DNA from: Anaerolineae bacterium | GTDB lineage: Bacteria; Chloroflexota; Anaerolineae; B4-G1; DUEL01 | Length of the DNA: 64,000 nt | Reading direction: 5' to 3' | NCBI GenBank assembly: GCA_041082215.1 | Contig: JBDOIF010000058.1 | Span: 1,406-65,405, forward strand | Shown here: positions 37,303 to 45,984 of the stretch, piece by piece | How the letters are laid out: the number at the start of each line of letters is the position of its first letter | Position numbering within the stretch: position 1 is the first letter of the stretch | The notes under the pieces: generated by a model | The model's database searches: none | Seen by the model: the letters and a program-made list of their open reading frames with translations, nothing else | What the model was told of the DNA's origin: nothing | Program-made: the position numbers and the translations under genes

Positions 37303-38233
37303 ATTCCTTCGCCGCGCCAGGGGATTGGGGTCCCTGCGGCGTCGCGCGCAGACGATCGCCCGGCGGTATGGCCTGACGTCATCCAGGATGATGGAGGCTA
37401 TAGATGCCTTGGTAAGTGAACTGGAGCAGTATGAGTGCCGGGCGACCTTTCCCGTCACCGCGGTGGCCCTGGCCCGAAACCCCGCTCCTATCCGCTACCT
37501 GAGGGAGCGGGGGGCGGAGATAGCGGTTCACGGGTGGAACCATGTAGACCTGGAGCGCTACTCGCTGGAACAGCTACGCGAGTACCTCTCGCGTGCTCTG
37601 GAACTCTTTGAGCGGCAGGGGATCCCGGTTTGGGGTTTCCGGTCCCCCTATCTGCGGCACAACGGCGCGATCCGCCAGGCGGCTGAGGAGGCGGGCTTTC
37701 GCTATGTGAGCAATCAGCCGGTGTTATGGGACACCATCGAACTCTCCGGGTATTCCCGGGAAAGGCTTCAGGCCTATCAGCAGGCGATAGACTTCTACGG
37801 GCCGAAGGTGTCTGCCGAGCATCTTTCGCTGCCCGTCATGCAGGGGCGGATCGTTGAAATCCCTGTGTCGTTGCCGGATGACGAGATGCTGGTTGAGCGG
37901 CTGGGGGCCGGGAGTGCCCAGATAGCCGAAGTGTGGACGAGGATTCTACACCAGACCTATGCCAGGGGGGAGTTGTTTGTCTTGCAGCTTCACCCGGAGA
38001 GGGCGGAGGTCTGTGCCCCGGCCCTGGGCCGTGTCCTGTCCGAGGCGCGTGCCCTGAACCCACCGGTGTGGATCGCATCCCTGCATGAGGTTGCTGAATG
38101 GTGGAGACAGCGGCAAATTGAATCCGGCCGGGCACCTTTCTGGCCAGGGAATGCCCGCAGTGCCCTTTCAATCACCGGCGACATTGACGCGCTGACCCTG
38201 TGGGACTACGGGGCACGCTTTATCGGAAGATGA
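37283..38233 (+). CDS. Polysaccharide-deacetylase-like protein (divergent NodB fold).
   Basis: HGWNHVDL and a surrounding beta/alpha pattern, but no TFDDG motif (the sequence reads TFPVTAVAL). Confidence 0.45.
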   Translation: MGIAYLEFLRRARGLGSLRRRAQTIARRYGLTSSRMMEAIDALVSELEQYECRATFPVTAVALARNPAPIRYLRERGAEIAVHGWNHVDLERYSLEQLREYLSRALELFERQGIPVWGFRSPYLRHNGAIRQAAEEAGFRYVSNQPVLWDTIELSGYSRERLQAYQQAIDFYGPKVSAEHLSLPVMQGRIVEIPVSLPDDEMLVERLGAGSAQIAEVWTRILHQTYARGELFVLQLHPERAEVCAPALGRVLSEARALNPPVWIASLHEVAEWWRQRQIESGRAPFWPGNARSALSITGDIDALTLWDYGARFIGR

Positions 38234-38240
38234 AGGGAAT

Positions 38241-39449
38241 GTGGAGGGCCTGATGGGAAAACGGGCGTGTATCGTCCGTCAGGACTGCTACCCGCAGGAC
38301 TTGCTCGTCCGTCGCGAGGCAGAGGCGCTGAAAGAAGCTGGCCTTAACGTAGACGTCATCTGCGTACACTCCTCTGGCCAGCCCCGACAAGAGACGGTCA
38401 ACGGGGTGCATGTATATCGCCTGCCGCTTCAACGTAAGAAGCGGGGTGTGGCCCGGTATCTGTTTGAGTATTCTGCCTTCTTCCTCCTGGCAGCGATCAG
38501 GCTGACCCTCCAGCACCTGCGAGATCCTTACGCCCTTATCCAGGTCAATACGATGCCGGACTTCCTGGTGTTTGCCACGCTGATCCCACGATTGCTGGGG
38601 GCAAAGGTCGCGTTGCAGATGTATGAGCCTATGCCAGAACTGTGGGCAACCAAGTTCAACTTCCCGGCGTTTATCAAGGTGCTTGAACTGATCCAGCAAT
38701 GGAGCCTGAAGTATGCTCACGCTGTTTTCACGGTGACCGAGCAGTTGAAAGAGACCCTGGTCGCCCGCGGAGCCGATCCCGACAAGATCACGGTGATGCT
38801 CAATGTTCCGGATGAGCGGTTCTTTGAGACAGAGGTGAATGGGGCGTTGTCCCCTGCCGATGGTCGCTTCACATTGATATGCCACGGAGCTATAGAAGAG
38901 CGATATGGGCACGATACGATGCTGGAGGCAATTCGCCTTCTCAAACCGACAATCCCTCACATTCAGCTTCGTATCATGGGCAAAGGTAGCTACGAGGAGG
39001 AGTTCCTGAGGCAGATCAGGGCATCGGGGCTTGAAGATCATGTCAGGTATCTGGGCTTTGTGCCACTGCCTCAATTGGTGGCAGAGTTGCGCAGAGCAGA
39101 TGTGGGAATCGTGGCCCAGAAATCTTCACCTTATTCTCACCTGGTGCATACAGGTAAGATGTATGATTACCTGTACTTCAATAAGCCGGTGATTGCTTCG
39201 AGGTTGAAAGCGGTGAGAGCCTATTTTGACGAGGAAAGCATATGTTATTTCACGCCAGGCGACGCTGAGGACCTTGCACGGGCAATCCGATATCTCTACG
39301 AACACGGGGAGATTCGTGAAAAGTTTGCCAGAAATTCCAGACGTCTCTATGAACGGTACCGCTGGCAGCGGCAACGGGAAGCATACATCCAGGTCGTCCG
39401 AAAGCTGGTTGGAATTGCGGCCGTTGAGGTCTGCACAGGTGAGGCCTGA
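38241..39449 (+). CDS. Glycosyltransferase family 1 (GT4).
   Basis: RYLFEYSAFFLLAAIRL...; C-terminal GT1 region HTGKMYDYLYFNKPVIASR. Confidence 0.75.
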   Translation: MEGLMGKRACIVRQDCYPQDLLVRREAEALKEAGLNVDVICVHSSGQPRQETVNGVHVYRLPLQRKKRGVARYLFEYSAFFLLAAIRLTLQHLRDPYALIQVNTMPDFLVFATLIPRLLGAKVALQMYEPMPELWATKFNFPAFIKVLELIQQWSLKYAHAVFTVTEQLKETLVARGADPDKITVMLNVPDERFFETEVNGALSPADGRFTLICHGAIEERYGHDTMLEAIRLLKPTIPHIQLRIMGKGSYEEEFLRQIRASGLEDHVRYLGFVPLPQLVAELRRADVGIVAQKSSPYSHLVHTGKMYDYLYFNKPVIASRLKAVRAYFDEESICYFTPGDAEDLARAIRYLYEHGEIREKFARNSRRLYERYRWQRQREAYIQVVRKLVGIAAVEVCTGEA

Positions 39450-39451
39450 GT

Positions 39452-40528
39452 ATGGCGATAACGATTGTCCGACAGCTTGACGTAGAACGGTGGCGAGATT
39501 TCGTGGACAACCACCCCTCAGGTAATATCTTCCACACCCCGGAGATGTTTCAGGTGTTTGAGCAGGCCAAAGGGCATTGCCCCGCTTTGTGGGCAGCCGT
39601 TGACAGTGGGGAGCGGGTATTGGCCCTTTTGCTGCCCGTGAAAATCACGCTGATGGGAGGCCCGCTGCGTCGCCTGACGACCCGGGCAGTCGCTTACGGC
39701 AGTGTTTTATGTGAACCCGGCCCGATGGGCGAGGAGGCGCTGGCGGTTTTGCTCCGTACCTACGTCCGACAAACAGGCGGTGAGGTGCTCTTCACCGAAC
39801 TGCGCAATCTCTCGGACCAGAGGAGGATTCAGGCGGTGCTTTCCGATTGCGGGTTTGTCTATGAAGACCATCTAAATTATCTGATTGACCTGGATCGCCC
39901 GGTGGATCAGATTTTCCAGAGCATCGGTGCCCGAACGCGCAAGCACATCCGCCGCGCTCTCAGGCGGGGAGAGGTGGTGATTGAGGAAATCAAAGAACGA
40001 GAACAGATAGCTGCCTGCTATGATCTCCTCCGCCGGACCTATCAGACGGCCCGCGTCCCTCTGGCCGACCGTTCTCTGTTTGAAGCTGCCTTCGACGTGC
40101 TTCACCCCAAAGGCATGGTGCGGTTCACCCTGGCCCGTGTGGGTCAGGTGCCTGTGGCTACTTCGGTAGAGCTGCTGTATAAGGACACGGCCTACGCCTG
40201 GTACGGCGGCGTGGATCGCGCCTACAAGTCCTGCCGGCCCGGCGAGTTCCTGACGTGGCATATTCTCCAGTGGAGTGCCGAGAACAATTATAAGATATAC
40301 GATTTCGGCGGCGCGGGCAAACCAGATGAGAAGTATGGCGTGCGCGATTTCAAGGCCAAGTTTGGGGGGGAGCTGGTCTGCTACGGCCGCAACACTTTCA
40401 TTCACTCCCCATTCCGGTTGTTCTTGAGCAAACTCGGATATGGGGTCTACCGCCGGTTATATAGCGTTGTTCCCGATCGAAGTCGGCGAGGCAGGGACGA
40501 GGCGGATTCCAATGATGAAGTGGGGTAG
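39452..40528 (+). CDS. FemAB-like / GNAT-fold (Acetyltransf_6-type) protein.
   Basis: About 358 aa with two tandem GNAT-like halves (ELLYKDTAYAWYGGVDRAYKSCRPGEFLTWHILQWSAENNYKIYDFGG) typical of FemABX-like aminoacyl / acyl transferases. Confidence 0.5.
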   Translation: MAITIVRQLDVERWRDFVDNHPSGNIFHTPEMFQVFEQAKGHCPALWAAVDSGERVLALLLPVKITLMGGPLRRLTTRAVAYGSVLCEPGPMGEEALAVLLRTYVRQTGGEVLFTELRNLSDQRRIQAVLSDCGFVYEDHLNYLIDLDRPVDQIFQSIGARTRKHIRRALRRGEVVIEEIKEREQIAACYDLLRRTYQTARVPLADRSLFEAAFDVLHPKGMVRFTLARVGQVPVATSVELLYKDTAYAWYGGVDRAYKSCRPGEFLTWHILQWSAENNYKIYDFGGAGKPDEKYGVRDFKAKFGGELVCYGRNTFIHSPFRLFLSKLGYGVYRRLYSVVPDRSRRGRDEADSNDEVG

Positions 40529-41156
40529 GCGGCTGATCGAATTGATCGAGGACTGGAACTATCTGATCGGGCGCGATGGATGGCGGGCAGCGCTGCCGGT
40601 AGTGGGGAGAGAGGTCATAGAATTGCCCTGCCGGTGTAAGAAATTCGCAATTCTGACACGATCCCTCCTGGAGCCTCTGCCCGACCTGGAGCCTCCTCTG
40701 GCCCTTGAGATCCGCGAGTTCAGGCCCGCCGACTTGGAGCTGGTGCGGCCGATCAACCGCCCTTCGGAAATCAGGACCTGCGCGCTGAGATTGGCCCGCG
40801 GTCATCAGGGCCTGCTGGGCCTGTACCAGGGCCGGCCGGTGGGGTATGCCTGGAGTTGTGCAGAGACATCCCTGGAGAGGGTACACCTGAGGCTCGAACC
40901 GGGCGATGCACTCTGCACAGATGCCTATACAGTCCCAGACTTCCGCAGGCGTGGTATACAGACTGCGCTGACAATCGCTCGCTTTCGTCTGCTCCGCGAT
41001 CTGGGTTACCGGAGGGCCGTTGCTTATATCGAACAGAATAACCGCCCATCCCTTGCCGTGTGGCGTCGTGTGGGCGGTCAGGTGGCAGGATATTTCTGCT
41101 TCATTCGGATCGGCCCCTGGCGCTGGGTGCGGTATAGGAAGGGAGTGGGAGAATGA
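40512..41156 (+). CDS. GNAT family N-acetyltransferase.
   Basis: RRRGIQTALTIARFRLLRDLGYRRAVAYIEQNNRPSLAVWRRVG (acetyl-CoA binding motif A region). Confidence 0.7.
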   Translation: MMKWGRRLIELIEDWNYLIGRDGWRAALPVVGREVIELPCRCKKFAILTRSLLEPLPDLEPPLALEIREFRPADLELVRPINRPSEIRTCALRLARGHQGLLGLYQGRPVGYAWSCAETSLERVHLRLEPGDALCTDAYTVPDFRRRGIQTALTIARFRLLRDLGYRRAVAYIEQNNRPSLAVWRRVGGQVAGYFCFIRIGPWRWVRYRKGVGE

Positions 41157-42469
41157 GGATCAGCATCTTCGGTCTGGGATATGTGGGCGCCGTCTCCGCG
41201 GCCTGTCTGGCCCGGGATGGCCACGAGGTGATCGGGGTGGACATCAACCCGATGAAGGTGCAGTTCATCAACGACGGATGCAGCCCCATCAGCGAGGAAT
41301 CGCTTGATACGCTGATCCGGCAGGGGGTGGAGCAGGGCCGCCTGCACGCTACCACCGACTCGCGGGCCGCTGTCCTCAACTCCGAAATCTCCCTCATCTG
41401 CGTCGGCACACCCAGCCACGATAACGGTAGCCTCGACCTCACCGCCGTCCGACGGGTGTGCCGGGAGATCGGCGAGGCGCTGGCCGAAAAACAGGGGGAG
41501 CATATCGTCGTGGTCCGCAGCACCGTCCTCCCTGGCACAACCCACCGGGTGGTCGTTCCGGAGCTGGAGCAGGCCTCCTCCAGACGGGTGGGCGAGGGCC
41601 TGGGGGTCTGCGTCGCTCCGGAGTTCCTCCGCGAGGGAAGCTCGGTGGAGGACTTCTACCATCCCCCCTTTACCCTGATCGGCCAGGAGGAGGCCCGGGT
41701 CGGCGAAAGGGTGGCCCGGCTCTTTGCAGCGGTCGAAGCGCCGGTGATCTATACCTCCATCCCCGTCGCCGAGATGGTCAAGTACGTCTGCAACGCCTAC
41801 CACGCCCTTAAGGTCGCCTTCGCCAACGAGATCGGCGCCATCTGTAAACAGCTCGGGATTGACAGCCACGAGGTGATGGACATCTTCTGCCTGGACCGGA
41901 AACTGAATATCTCCACCGCCTATCTCAGGCCGGGTTTTGCCTTCGGCGGTTCCTGCCTGCCCAAGGACCTGCGCGCTCTCCTCTACGCCGGCCACCATCT
42001 GGACCTCCAGCTCCCGCTCCTGGAGGCCGTCCTCCCCAGTAACGAGCTCCAGATCCGAAGGGCATGGGAGATGATCCAGAGGACAGGTAAAAAGCAGGTG
42101 GGCGTGCTGGGGCTCAGCTTCAAGCCGGGGACCGACGACCTGCGCGAAAGCCCGATGGTCGCGCTGACCGAGCGGCTGATCGGGAAAGGATATACGGTCT
42201 GGCTGTACGACCGCTACGTCTCCTGGGCCAAACTCCACGGGGCGAACAAGGCCTACATCGAGCGCGAAATCCCCCACATCTCCCGCCTCCTCTGCGCTGA
42301 ACTGGAGGAGGTGGTGGAACGGAGCGAGGTGCTTGTGATCGGCCACCGGTTCCCGGAGAGGGACCGGCTGCAGGCGCTCCTGCGGGCGGACCAGGTGGTG
42401 ATCGATCTGGTCCGCCTCAGCCCCGACGGGTGGCACGGCCCCGGGCGGTATGAGGGGATCTGTTGGTGA
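41153..42469 (+). CDS. Nucleotide-sugar 6-dehydrogenase (UDP-GlcNAc / UDP-Glc / GDP-Man 6-dehydrogenase family; WbpA/AlgD-like).
   Basis: MRISIFGLGYVGAVSAACLARDGHEVIGVD and the catalytic Cys region GFAFGGSCLPKD. Confidence 0.85.
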   Translation: MRISIFGLGYVGAVSAACLARDGHEVIGVDINPMKVQFINDGCSPISEESLDTLIRQGVEQGRLHATTDSRAAVLNSEISLICVGTPSHDNGSLDLTAVRRVCREIGEALAEKQGEHIVVVRSTVLPGTTHRVVVPELEQASSRRVGEGLGVCVAPEFLREGSSVEDFYHPPFTLIGQEEARVGERVARLFAAVEAPVIYTSIPVAEMVKYVCNAYHALKVAFANEIGAICKQLGIDSHEVMDIFCLDRKLNISTAYLRPGFAFGGSCLPKDLRALLYAGHHLDLQLPLLEAVLPSNELQIRRAWEMIQRTGKKQVGVLGLSFKPGTDDLRESPMVALTERLIGKGYTVWLYDRYVSWAKLHGANKAYIEREIPHISRLLCAELEEVVERSEVLVIGHRFPERDRLQALLRADQVVIDLVRLSPDGWHGPGRYEGICW

Positions 42470-42493
42470 GAGTGGAGCGGAAAGGAGGGTGAT

Positions 42494-43519
42494 ATGCTCA
42501 GGGCAGCCGTGATCGGCGTGGGCAGTATGGGGGCCAACCACGCCAGGATATACAACGAGCTGGAGGAGGCCGATCTGGTGGCGGTGGCCGACGTTCGGGA
42601 GGAGGTTGCCCGACGGGTCGGCCGCGTCTACAGCGCCCGGCCCTATACCGACTACCGCTGTCTGCTGGAAAAGGAGCGGCCGGACATTGTCTCTGTGGCG
42701 GTGCCGACGAAGGAGCACTTCGCTGTGGCAGTAGACGCGCTCGAGGCAGGCGCCTACGTGCTGGTGGAAAAACCGCTGGCCGCCACCGTGGAGGAGGGAA
42801 AACAGCTTGTCAAACGGGCGCATGCCTTAGGACGGCATCTGATGGTGGGCCACATCGAGCGGTTCAACCCCGCTGTCGCCGAGCTGAAGGCTCGCATTGA
42901 CGCTGGCTGCTGTGGCACTCTCTTGGAAATCCATACCCGCCGCCTCGGTCCCTTCCCATCCCGCATCCGCGATGTCGGGGTCATTGTGGATCTGGCCACT
43001 CACGATCTGGATATCATGCGTTACCTCACCGGCTCCGAAGTCCTCCGCCTCTACGCCGAAACCGGCTCCCATATCCATACCTGCGAGGATGTCCTTTCCG
43101 GCCTGGTCCGTTTTGCCAATGGGGTGCTCGGAGTCCTGGATGTGAGCTGGCTCATCCCCACCAAGATTCGGGAGCTGTACGCCGTGGGGGAGCAGGGGAT
43201 GTTCCGGGTGGACTACGTCACCCAGGACCTCTACTTCTACGAAAACGGCTTTTCTGACAGCCAGTGGGGCTCCCCCGGCACTCTCTGGGGGGTCGCAGAG
43301 GGGCAGATGATCCGCCTCTGCATCCGTAAACAGGAGCCCCTCCGCGTCGAGCTGGCCTCCTTCGTCCAATCTGTGCTGGAGGACCGGCCTCCGCCGGTCC
43401 GCGGGGAGGACGGCCTGGCCGCGCTGGAGCTGGCCCAGCACCTGCGCCTGTCCGGCCAGAGCCAGGAGGTCGTTCGGCTGAAGCGGCTGCAGGAACCAGC
43501 AGGAGTGTATCCGACATAA
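42494..43519 (+). CDS. Gfo/Idh/MocA-family NAD-dependent oxidoreductase (WbpB-like sugar 3-dehydrogenase).
   Basis: AAVIGVGSMGANHARIY...; EKPLAATVEEGKQLV. Confidence 0.8.
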   Translation: MLRAAVIGVGSMGANHARIYNELEEADLVAVADVREEVARRVGRVYSARPYTDYRCLLEKERPDIVSVAVPTKEHFAVAVDALEAGAYVLVEKPLAATVEEGKQLVKRAHALGRHLMVGHIERFNPAVAELKARIDAGCCGTLLEIHTRRLGPFPSRIRDVGVIVDLATHDLDIMRYLTGSEVLRLYAETGSHIHTCEDVLSGLVRFANGVLGVLDVSWLIPTKIRELYAVGEQGMFRVDYVTQDLYFYENGFSDSQWGSPGTLWGVAEGQMIRLCIRKQEPLRVELASFVQSVLEDRPPPVRGEDGLAALELAQHLRLSGQSQEVVRLKRLQEPAGVYPT

Positions 43520-43614
43520 GTACCGGCAAGATACGGATGAACAGCCGGAAGATCAGTGGAGCTCCGCAGAACTCCATATTCTCTGTGCTCCGCGGTGCAA
43601 AGACAGGAGGAGAT

Positions 43615-44226
43615 ATGAGCCCGGAAGCCTTCATCCACCCCACGGCCGAGGTCTCTCCCCAGGCCCGGGTCGGGGCCGGGACCCGCATCTGGCATCAGGC
43701 TCAGGTCCGTGAGGGGGCCTCGCTGGGTAACCACTGTATTGTAGGAAAGGGGGCGTATATTGACAGGGATGTATCCGTCGGCAACAATGTCAAAATTCAA
43801 AACGGCGTCTTCCTCTACCACGGCTCTACCGTCGAGGACGGCGTCTTCCTCGGCCCCGGCGTAGTGCTGACCAATGACAAGTACCCCCGCGCCATTACCC
43901 CTGAAGGGGAGCTGAAGGGGGACGCCGACTGGGAGGTAGGACCGATCCGCGTGAGGGAGGGAGCCTCCCTGGGGGCAGGGGCCATCGTCCTCCCCGGCGT
44001 CACCATTGGCCGCTTCGCGATGGTCGCGGCAGGCGCAGTCGTCGTGCGAGACGTGCCCGACTACGGGCTGGTCGTCGGCGTCCCCGCCCGCCTGCTGGGC
44101 TTCGTCTGTCTCTGCGGCCGTCCCCTGGAGATCGAAGCCCATATGGAAGAGGCCGTGTTGATGCGCTGTCCCGTCTGTCAAAGGTCGGTGGAAATCCCCC
44201 GTACCATCTGGGAGGAAAGCCAATGA
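43615..44226 (+). CDS. Hexapeptide-repeat N-acetyltransferase (WbpD-like).
   Basis: ATG preceded by aggagg. LbH repeats throughout (IHPTAEVSPQARVGAGTRIWHQAQVREGASLG...). Confidence 0.75.
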   Translation: MSPEAFIHPTAEVSPQARVGAGTRIWHQAQVREGASLGNHCIVGKGAYIDRDVSVGNNVKIQNGVFLYHGSTVEDGVFLGPGVVLTNDKYPRAITPEGELKGDADWEVGPIRVREGASLGAGAIVLPGVTIGRFAMVAAGAVVVRDVPDYGLVVGVPARLLGFVCLCGRPLEIEAHMEEAVLMRCPVCQRSVEIPRTIWEESQ

Positions 44227-45302
44227 TCCCTGTCGCCCAACCGCTGATCGGTGAGGAGGAAAAACAGGCTGTACTGGAGGTCCTTTCCTCTGGCCAATTG
44301 GCCCAGGGGCCGAAGGTGGCAGCCTTCGAAGAAGCGTTCGCCGAATATTGTGGGGTGCGGTTTGCCATCGCTACCTCCTCCGGCACGACCGCCCTCCACC
44401 TGGCCCTCCTGGCCCACGGGATCGGCCCGGGAGACGAGGTGATCACCACCTCCTTCTCCTTCATCGCCACCGCCAACGCCGTCCGCTACGCCGGGGCCCG
44501 CCCGGTGTTTGTGGACATCGAACCGCACACCTTCAATCTGAATCCAGCCGGGATCGAAGAGGTCATCACCCCCCGGACCCGCGCCATTATCCCTGTCCAC
44601 CTTTTTGGCCTCCCCTGCGACATGGAGCCGATCTTGGAGATCGCCGACCGGCACGGGCTGGTGGTGATCGAAGATGCCTGCCAGGCCCACGGCGCGGCGG
44701 TCAACGGACGAAGAGTGGGCAGTTTCGGCACAGGCTGCTTTTCCTTTTACCCCACCAAGAATATGACCACCGCCGAGGGGGGAATGGTCACCACTGACGA
44801 CGAAGAGGTGGCCGAACGATTGCGGGTGATCCGCAACCACGGGATGCGGCAACGCTACAAACACGAGATTCTGGGGTATAATTACCGCATGACCGACGTC
44901 CACGCCGCCCTGGGGCTGGGACAACTGGCCCGACTGGAAGCGTTCAACGCACGGCGCAGGGCCAACGCCCGGTACCTCAACCAGCATCTACGGGGGGTTG
45001 TAACTCCCTGGGCGCCGGAGGGGTTTTATCACGTCTTTCACCAGTATACCGTCCGGGTGCCGGACGGGAAGCGGGATTGGCTGGCCGAGCGCCTTCGGGA
45101 GCAGGGGATCGGTACAGCGGTCTATTATCCGATCCCGATCCATCAGCAGCCGACTTTCCGCGGCCTGGAGAACCCGGTCGGGCTGCCGGAGACGGAGCGA
45201 GCCGCCCGGGAGGCGCTCTCCCTGCCCGTCCATCCGGCGCTCGGTGAGGAGGAGCTGCAGAGGATCGTCGAGGCGGTGAACCGCTCGCTGGAAATCATCT
45301 GA
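44223..45302 (+). CDS. DegT/DnrJ/EryC1/StrS-family PLP-dependent sugar aminotransferase (WbpE-like).
   Basis: IPVAQPLIGEEEKQAVLEVLSSGQLAQGPKV...; overlaps the upstream stop. Confidence 0.85.
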   Translation: MIPVAQPLIGEEEKQAVLEVLSSGQLAQGPKVAAFEEAFAEYCGVRFAIATSSGTTALHLALLAHGIGPGDEVITTSFSFIATANAVRYAGARPVFVDIEPHTFNLNPAGIEEVITPRTRAIIPVHLFGLPCDMEPILEIADRHGLVVIEDACQAHGAAVNGRRVGSFGTGCFSFYPTKNMTTAEGGMVTTDDEEVAERLRVIRNHGMRQRYKHEILGYNYRMTDVHAALGLGQLARLEAFNARRRANARYLNQHLRGVVTPWAPEGFYHVFHQYTVRVPDGKRDWLAERLREQGIGTAVYYPIPIHQQPTFRGLENPVGLPETERAAREALSLPVHPALGEEELQRIVEAVNRSLEII

Positions 45303-45404
45303 TCCAGACAAAATCCCGCGGAGTCGCAGAAGGGCGCAGAGGGGAGCTCTGTCCGCCTCCTCTCAGCGTTCTCCGCGCCCCAGCGGTAATGAGTTGTACA
45401 CCCT

Positions 45405-45938
45405 ATGCCGATCCGCCTCTATGTGAGCAGCAGCCCGGATATGGAACCGGAGCGGGAGGCGGTGGGACGAGCCGTCGCTTCTCTGCCCATCTCCACTGGC
45501 TGGGAGATCCACCACACCCCCCATCCTGAGGAGCCGCTCGATCAGGCCCTCGCCCTTGCGGCCTCCTGCGACCTGTTTGTCGTCCTCCTGGGGGCGGACT
45601 TCGCCGCTCCGATGGGGGGCGAGTGGCGGCAGGCGATGGAGAGCCGCCGGGTCGTGCTGGCCTTTCACAGGGAAGGGCTCCACTCCCCCTCGGGGGAATG
45701 GGCGCTCCGCCAGCGGGACGTCGCCTGGGAGCCCTTCTCCTCCGCCCAGGAGCTGGAGGGGCTGCTGGCCCGCCGACTGGCCCGCGCCCTCCTCGACCGG
45801 GGGGAGCGGCTGGGGCTGCGTGTGGAAGATGTGGAAAGGCTGCTGGCTTTCCTGAGCGAGGAGGAACCCCCTTCCCCCGGACCAGACCGTCGCACCGGGG
45901 CTGGCCGCTCCGGGGTGATCCTGGGACGGGAAGGGTGA
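45405..45938 (+). CDS. DUF4062-domain protein.
   Basis: LYVSSSPDMEPEREAV...CDLFVVLLGADF...RRVVLAFHRE matches the DUF4062 pattern (VFISS..DL..ER...CDvyV.ilG). Confidence 0.45.
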   Translation: MPIRLYVSSSPDMEPEREAVGRAVASLPISTGWEIHHTPHPEEPLDQALALAASCDLFVVLLGADFAAPMGGEWRQAMESRRVVLAFHREGLHSPSGEWALRQRDVAWEPFSSAQELEGLLARRLARALLDRGERLGLRVEDVERLLAFLSEEEPPSPGPDRRTGAGRSGVILGREG

Positions 45939-45984
45939 CGCTCTCCCCTCCGCCGGGGAGAGGGCAAATGGTGGAGGCATCCGG

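Noticed and set aside
41078-42823. 581-aa minus-strand ORF.
   Set aside because: Antisense to the nucleotide-sugar dehydrogenase and the Gfo/Idh/MocA genes; low-complexity translation.
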